Below are positions 35,661 through 40,731 of a stretch of DNA of 40,731 nt, piece by piece. The notes under the pieces are model-generated. The model was not told the DNA's origin. It saw only the letters and a program-made list of their open reading frames with translations, and ran no database searches. A program made the translations under genes and the position numbers. The stretch spans positions 1 through 40,731 of the forward strand of contig CAYUTC010000001.1 in the NCBI GenBank assembly GCA_964447595.1. The letters are read 5' to 3'. Positions within the stretch are counted from its first letter, which is position 1. Each line of letters starts with the position of its first letter. Origin of the DNA: an uncultured Nitrosopumilaceae archaeon (lineage in GTDB: Archaea; Thermoproteota; Nitrososphaeria; Nitrososphaerales; Nitrosopumilaceae).

Positions 35661-35726
35661 GGATGCTTCAATACTCATAATCTTCATCATCAAATCAGTT
35701 GGCTTTTCTCTTCATCATCAGCATCC
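35661..35726 (-). ncRNA. Box C/D 2'-O-methylation guide sRNA
   Basis: Minus strand reads GGATGCT-G-[C ATGATGA]-AGAGAAAAGCCAA-[D' CTGA]-TTTG-[C' ATGATGA]-AGATTATGAGTA-[D TTGA]-AGCATCC: a 7-bp terminal stem and 13/12-nt guides. Confidence 0.88.
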
Positions 35727-35730
35727 GTAC

Positions 35731-36138
35731 TTAGCTCTTGATGCGTACTATAATAGTTCTATCCATTACTTTCCAGTATTCCACGTCTTGGCCCTGGGAA
35801 ATCTTGTCTTTTATCTCGTCCTCTATTTGGGAAACGTCAAAGACTTCGAAGGTCTCAGAATCCATGACCTGCACAATTGTGTCAGTCTTGGATATTACCG
35901 AGCCTACCCTTTTGTCAATTAGGGGGACCTGTACCTGTGCGCTTACAGGTGAAACGTGTGGATACTTTTTTTTGTCAAATATACCGACACCGACAATTCT
36001 TGCTTTTGCAGCTCCGTGCTTTCCAGGTTTACTGGTATCAAATTCTACAATTCTGCATGGTTCTGCATTAGGACTGTCAACTGGGAGCAAAATGTAAGAA
36101 CCTATCTTCAATGATCCAAGCTCAGACGGTTTGCTCAT
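35731..36138 (-). CDS. eif5a: Translation factor aIF5A/eIF5A
   Basis: Hypusine motif SKPGKHGAAKARI. Start set at the ATG at 36138, which fits the upstream BRE/TATA spacing. Confidence 0.96.
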   Translation of the reverse strand: MSKPSELGSLKIGSYILLPVDSPNAEPCRIVEFDTSKPGKHGAAKARIVGVGIFDKKKYPHVSPVSAQVQVPLIDKRVGSVISKTDTIVQVMDSETFEVFDVSQIEDEIKDKISQGQDVEYWKVMDRTIIVRIKS

Positions 36139-36160
36139 CACAAACACAGAATTTGGCAGA

Positions 36161-36175
36161 GTATATAACTTTTTT
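36161..36175 (-). promoter_or_regulatory. BRE + TATA box of aIF5A (AAAAAAGTTATATAC)
   Basis: A-rich BRE followed by TTATATA about 24-30 nt upstream of the ATG at 36138. Confidence 0.6.
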
Positions 36176-36785
36176 ATTTTATTTTTTCAATTACAGACAA
36201 GTTTAACAAATTTGTAAGTCTAATTCCTTTTCGCGCGACTTCTTTTCTTGTCTTTTCACAATACTTGTGATCACTTTGGTGAGTATTACCACTTGATACT
36301 TCAAAAACAACCAAGTTATTTCCGTAGGGAAAAGTAAACTTGGGAGTCTCAGTTGATGAGAGATCAAGGCTGCCGCACTCTGCTTTTCGTACTCTTGTAC
36401 GTTTTGCAACAATAGATGCAAGCTCTACAAGGTCAGTGTGAGAGTGACCATATTCTAGATAATAAACGGAAACAAGATTTAGTTTTTGATCAGTTGACCT
36501 TTCAAAAAATTCGTTATCTCCAGTAAATACAAAGGTTGGCCGCTCCTGCTTGTATTTTTCTATCTCTATCATTGCCTGTTTTTGGTCTTTGAATCTTGCA
36601 AGAAGGTACGTGTTGGTTCTTGATGGAAAATAGGCACCGCCATCTTCAGAAAAAGAAGCGGTGACAAAGTACATGTCATCTACATACTCGGATTTTTCAA
36701 GTATCTCCTTTAATTTTGTTGAAGGATTATTGTGCAAATATGGTGCGCATACATACCCCCCACTTGTCATCATGGCCCCAGACAC
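36174..36785 (-). CDS. Hypothetical protein
   Basis: 203-aa ORF filling the gap; no motif recognised. Confidence 0.7.
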   Translation of the reverse strand: MSGAMMTSGGYVCAPYLHNNPSTKLKEILEKSEYVDDMYFVTASFSEDGGAYFPSRTNTYLLARFKDQKQAMIEIEKYKQERPTFVFTGDNEFFERSTDQKLNLVSVYYLEYGHSHTDLVELASIVAKRTRVRKAECGSLDLSSTETPKFTFPYGNNLVVFEVSSGNTHQSDHKYCEKTRKEVARKGIRLTNLLNLSVIEKIK

Positions 36786-36924
36786 GTGATCGGGATCAAA
36801 GCGGTTTTTAATAAGTCGTTTGGTTGATCCAAAAAATTACATCAAGATTTGCAAATTCTGGAAATTAGTTCATTATTTTCCTATCGATAGTTATTTAATA
36901 CGAAAATACTGGATGAGAAACGGT

Positions 36925-37047
36925 CCCACGCTAGCTCAGCCTGGTAGAGCTTCCGGCTGTAGTGGTTGGCTCTGGCTGACCGTCATCAGCCTACTCAGGC
37001 TTACAGAAACCGGAGTGTCGCAAGTTCAAATCCTGCGCGTGGGACCA
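36925..37047 (+). tRNA. tRNA-Tyr (GTA) with 46-nt intron at 37/38 (36963..37008) and encoded CCA
   Basis: CCCACGC-TA-GCTC..GAGC-T-TCCGG CT[GTA]G ^intron^ A CCGGA-GTGTC-GCAAG TTCAAAT CCTGC-GCGTGGG-A-CCA. The C1-G72/A73 Tyr identity elements are present, the CTGT/ACAG central helix carries 3-nt bulges, and a TTTAATA box lies at 36894. Confidence 0.95.
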
Positions 37048-37088
37048 TTATCATAAAATTCAAAAACTCACCATTTACACTATATTTA

Positions 37089-37595
37089 ATGTCAGACGAT
37101 CCTAGTTGGTCAACTCTAGATGAAGTAGACCAAAAAATTATTGGCATACTAAACAAAAATGCAAGAACTCCATCAAAAGAGATCGCAAGTGAGCTAAGAA
37201 ATTCAGGTGTGGATGTATCTGATAGAACCATAAGAAAAAGAATTGAAAGGCTGGAGAAAAACGGTATCATAAAAGGATACAAGGCAGTTCTCAGCGGTGT
37301 TTCTGCAACAGAAGAGTTTGAGGCATTGTTTCTCAAGCTAAAGATTACAAGATCAGTCAATAGTCTTGTTGAATCAATAAAGAATTTTGTAAATACGTTT
37401 CCAAATTACCTGTTTGTGGCATCACTTGATGGCGATTGGAATATGATAATAGTGATGAGAGTAGATGATTCGGAAAAAAATCCAACATCCAAAGTAATTG
37501 AAAAATTCTCTGAACAAATATTAGATTACAGAATTAGTAACATCCAAATGAAAGACATCAATCTTCTAAATATGTCGTTGTTGCTTCTTAGTTAA
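37089..37595 (+). CDS. Lrp/AsnC family transcriptional regulator
   Basis: LDEVDQKIIGIL.KNAR...IA..L...S..TI.KRI.RLE..GIIKGY. Start moved to the ATG at 37089 because the longer ORF overlaps the tRNA. Confidence 0.9.
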   Translation: MSDDPSWSTLDEVDQKIIGILNKNARTPSKEIASELRNSGVDVSDRTIRKRIERLEKNGIIKGYKAVLSGVSATEEFEALFLKLKITRSVNSLVESIKNFVNTFPNYLFVASLDGDWNMIIVMRVDDSEKNPTSKVIEKFSEQILDYRISNIQMKDINLLNMSLLLLS

Positions 37596-38331
37596 CTTCG
37601 TTTTGTTGTGTTGCATCAAGTGCTATTTTTAACTCGTTAATGGTAAATGGTTTTTGAACAAAAGCTGTTGAACCAAATCCAATTGTCTTTCTGACTCGCG
37701 GAGTACTTTTTTCATCGGCAGTTATCAAAACTATTGAAAGGTTTGGTTTTGATTGTAACAACTGTTTAGCTATCACATCACCGGTTATGTCAGGTAGTTC
37801 CATATCTAACAATATGATTGGATTTTGTGAGCCTTTGACTAGTTTTGTAATTAGTTTGATTGCACCTTTTCCATCAGGTACAGTTTGGATATCATCGTAG
37901 CCAAGTTGCTGTAGATAGCTTTTCAACCTAAGTGTAACTGCAGGACTATCATCTACAACCACTATAGGCCTTTTTTCTTCTGTTTTATTTCGAATGTATT
38001 TTTTAGATTCTTCGAGGGCTTTTGTTGCCTGGTCATACTGACCCACCTTGAGAAAACATTTGGCAGCACATTGATATGCATAGCTTGGATTTTTGGGATC
38101 GTTTTTTGCAAGCTTGAGATATAACTTGGCTGCCTCTAGTAGATCATCTTTGCCATCCTTGTTTTGTTTTGTCTTGCATTTTGAGGCAAGAAGCAAATAC
38201 AAACCAGCCTTGAGACTCTGGTTTTTTGTCTCTTTTTGAGCAAGTGATATGAACAGATTGTGTGCTGCAATGTTTTGATCATTTTTCAAGTAGGTACAGG
38301 CCAGCTCAAACTTTTCCAGGTCTTTATCCAT
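37588..38331 (-). CDS. Response regulator: N-terminal TPR-like helical domain plus C-terminal receiver domain
   Basis: VVVDD, ILLDMELPD (phosphoacceptor Asp), LITA, VQKPF; N-terminal AAKLY...AAKCF...YDQA..ALE helical repeats. Confidence 0.88.
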   Translation of the reverse strand: MDKDLEKFELACTYLKNDQNIAAHNLFISLAQKETKNQSLKAGLYLLLASKCKTKQNKDGKDDLLEAAKLYLKLAKNDPKNPSYAYQCAAKCFLKVGQYDQATKALEESKKYIRNKTEEKRPIVVVDDSPAVTLRLKSYLQQLGYDDIQTVPDGKGAIKLITKLVKGSQNPIILLDMELPDITGDVIAKQLLQSKPNLSIVLITADEKSTPRVRKTIGFGSTAFVQKPFTINELKIALDATQQNEVN

Positions 38332-38454
38332 TGCACAAGACTAGACAGTTTAATCATATATTGTTTGACCTGCCTTTACAGCAAAACTCTTGACTTGAAC
38401 TGTCAAAAGAACAAATCAAGTAGATATTATAAATATAAAACAACATGATAGGCA

Positions 38455-39114
38455 ATGAGCCAGGAAAACAATAGTACTGGATTAGCACAGCCTCCAGTCA
38501 ATGTACTATTTGGGACACTTGATGTATCCAAAAAGGATGTCTGGAGTATAGACATCATACAAATCTTGAATATTTTAATTAAAATTCTCAATCAGACCGA
38601 TAAAAAAGATCTTCGAGTGGCAGGAATAGCTGCCTTGTCATCTGCAATGATACACAGGATGAAGGTTGAAAGCATATTTGCCCTCCAAAGGGCTGCCATG
38701 GAAAAGAAGCCGTTAAGTCAGCGAGAAGACATGGACATTGAAATAATAAACATGCCTTACAGGCACGAATCCACATATCCAGTCACCCTTGACGAGTTGT
38801 TGTCAGTTCTTGAGAACCTAATTGGAACCATAGCAAACCCACGTTCAAGCCGCAGACAGATAGAATTTGAGCCCATCCAGGCCCCTAACTTTGATGAATA
38901 CTTCATCTCCCTTGAGAAAATAATTGGTCAGTATGAGGAACTTGTAGTCAACAAGATCAAGTCTACCGGATATGGTTCCTTCAAAACTATAGTCTCCGGC
39001 CTTGAATTAATTGATGTCATAAGATGCTTCTTTGCAATCCTCTTTTTGGCAAGAGACATGAAGGTCGATCTTGAGCAGACAGAGGATGACATTGTGGTCT
39101 CTATTGTAAAATAG
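38455..39114 (+). CDS. scpA: Segregation and condensation protein ScpA (kleisin)
   Basis: DVWSIDI, DLRVAG..LSS..I.RMK, VTLDELL, F.AILFL; adjacent to scpB. Confidence 0.85.
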   Translation: MSQENNSTGLAQPPVNVLFGTLDVSKKDVWSIDIIQILNILIKILNQTDKKDLRVAGIAALSSAMIHRMKVESIFALQRAAMEKKPLSQREDMDIEIINMPYRHESTYPVTLDELLSVLENLIGTIANPRSSRRQIEFEPIQAPNFDEYFISLEKIIGQYEELVVNKIKSTGYGSFKTIVSGLELIDVIRCFFAILFLARDMKVDLEQTEDDIVVSIVK

Positions 39115-39183
39115 AATTTCACAACCGTATCAACAGTCAATAGGAATTTCATTTAAGTACATTCCAGTCACCTTTTGTTCTAG

Positions 39184-39765
39184 ATGGGAAAGGTAGAAGA
39201 CGAGGAGGCAAATGCAAGACTAGAGGCTGCACTGTATTCCGCAGGAAGACCTCTTACAATTGAGGAGTTGATCAAGGCGTCAGGCACAGAATCTAGAACC
39301 AAGACACTTGCCCTTATGGCAAACTTGGTAAAGCGAACCAAGGCTGCATTCAAAGCGCTAGAGATAGCAAGTTTACCTGATGGCTCGTATGTTTTTCAGC
39401 TAAAACCGGAATACAATACCGTAATCAGAAAGTATGCCTCAAAACCGCTGCTTCCTACTGCCACACTAAAGACATTATCATATATTGCATACATGCAACC
39501 TGTTTCTTCCAAGAGATTGGTGGAGGTACGAGGCTCTGGTGTATACCTGCACTTGAGATTATTACAACAACTAGCGTACATTGAACATCAAAATGTTGGA
39601 AGGCTCAAGATCTATAACACTACAGAAAAATTCCAGAAATATTTTGGCATTCAGGGCGACAAGGACCTGTTAAAACAAAAACTTTTCACCAAGGTACGGA
39701 GCTCAGGCCAAGCTTCATCCCAACCAGCACCACAAGCTGTTGAACCATTAACACAAAATCAGTAA
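39184..39765 (+). CDS. scpB: Segregation and condensation protein ScpB
   Basis: LEAALY..G.PL, TLSYIAYMQPV....VRG, Y.TT.KF..YFG. Confidence 0.93.
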   Translation: MGKVEDEEANARLEAALYSAGRPLTIEELIKASGTESRTKTLALMANLVKRTKAAFKALEIASLPDGSYVFQLKPEYNTVIRKYASKPLLPTATLKTLSYIAYMQPVSSKRLVEVRGSGVYLHLRLLQQLAYIEHQNVGRLKIYNTTEKFQKYFGIQGDKDLLKQKLFTKVRSSGQASSQPAPQAVEPLTQNQ

Positions 39766-39825
39766 GAATTAACTTAAATTTTTATTTTAGAAAAATTTTA
39801 AAATCATTAGAATAGTATTATTATA

Positions 39826-40638
39826 GTGGTAGGACAAAAAATGAAAAGAAAATCTGTACTAAACATAATGCATGAGCATTTTTTACACATTGCACCGCAG
39901 TATAGGGAACTAAGAACTACTGATTTAGGGCCCATTCTGTTTATTACAAAAAAGTTGCAAGATCTTCAGAGCATAAAGGCAGCTGACATTGGGTGTGGCG
40001 CAGGAAGATACAGCCTCAAGTTCATAGAACACCTAGGGGAAAAATGTCATCTTTTTTGTTTGGATAACAATAGTGAAATGCTTAGGCACCTACAAGAATA
40101 TTTCAAACAAAACCATGTTACAAATTTTACTCCCATACGAAGTGATTCACACAAAATACCATTACAAACGGATTCTCTTGATTGTATCATATCGTTTAAT
40201 GCAATTCATCATTTTAGCCTACAGAACTTTCTAAGAGAAGCCTCCAGAGTGCTCAAACCAAATGGCAAACTATTTGTGTATACGCGATTACGAGATCAAA
40301 ATGCAAAAACAATTTGGGGCATGCACTTTCCGTCATTTAATAAAAAAGAGAATCGCCTCTATGAACTAGAAGAACTAAAGACAGCCTTTGAAAAAGATCC
40401 AAATCTGAATATCGATACAGTAAGGTTTTTCGAACATCATCGTGCATATCCTCTTGAAAAGCTTGTAGAACAAGCCAAAAATCACCACTATTCTACTTTT
40501 AAATTTTATAAAAAAGGAGAGTTTAGAAAGGCGCTACACAAGTTTGTCCAAAACATATTGAATCATTATGATAATTTGGATAAAATAACATGGAAGGACC
40601 AAAACACCTTGCTTGTGATTAAAAACGAACAGCAGTAA
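39826..40638 (+). CDS. Class I SAM-dependent methyltransferase
   Basis: DIGCGAGR, LD.N.EML, D.H.IPL..DSLD, AIHHF, EASRVLKPNG. Exact start uncertain. Confidence 0.88.
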   Translation: MVGQKMKRKSVLNIMHEHFLHIAPQYRELRTTDLGPILFITKKLQDLQSIKAADIGCGAGRYSLKFIEHLGEKCHLFCLDNNSEMLRHLQEYFKQNHVTNFTPIRSDSHKIPLQTDSLDCIISFNAIHHFSLQNFLREASRVLKPNGKLFVYTRLRDQNAKTIWGMHFPSFNKKENRLYELEELKTAFEKDPNLNIDTVRFFEHHRAYPLEKLVEQAKNHHYSTFKFYKKGEFRKALHKFVQNILNHYDNLDKITWKDQNTLLVIKNEQQ

Positions 40639-40731
40639 AATTACCTAACAGACATCAGAAAAACAATTTTCAAATGTTTACAATTATCAAGTAAGAGTTG
40701 AATGCAAGTATCACAGCTACGACCATAAATG

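Noticed and set aside
36925-37047. tRNA genes as integration sites for an island or provirus
   Set aside because: No duplicated tRNA 3' end, integrase or viral genes seen in the window.
36820-37088. ORF 36820..37056 and the N-terminal extension of the Lrp ORF from 36966
   Set aside because: Both overlap the tRNA-Tyr gene; the Lrp start at 37089 fits the domain boundary.

Overview
This 40.7 kb window is gene-dense archaeal chromosomal DNA. Its gene content points to an ammonia-oxidising Thaumarchaeon (Nitrososphaerota, probably Nitrosopumilales/Nitrosotalea-like; this is inference). Markers include the archaeal ADH/DHQ-II shikimate entry, a GHMP shikimate kinase, ThiDN, a DnaJ-ferredoxin fusion, Alba, S24e/S27ae, aIF5A, Pus10, ScpAB and an intron-containing tRNA-Tyr. 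Most of it is core metabolism: an aromatic supercluster (aroA'/aroB', aroD, aroE, aroK, aroA, aroC, a chorismate mutase-aminotransferase fusion, tyrA) next to futalosine-pathway menaquinone genes, followed by thiamine, nucleotide-sugar, translation and chromosome-segregation genes. I found no CRISPR array, transposase or integrase. Features missing from the ORF track: tRNA-Arg(GCG), tRNA-Tyr(GTA) with a 46-nt intron, rps27ae, a 37-aa CxxC-CxxC microprotein, and a box C/D guide RNA just downstream of aIF5A whose D guide predicts 2'-O-methylation of C34 in a CAU-anticodon tRNA. The best leads are that sRNA (whose second guide can pair with its own 3' flank), a Pro-rich scaffold-like protein with four GTLPAG motifs, a perfectly duplicated 118-bp module and an 18-bp palindrome at its promoter, two secreted paralogues sharing an 'ALTPR...HxCGDHLC' signature, an aquaporin with a His/His/Ala/Arg filter, a Pus10 with a degenerate active site, and two GC-rich intergenic hairpins. 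None of these can be confirmed as new without database searches.
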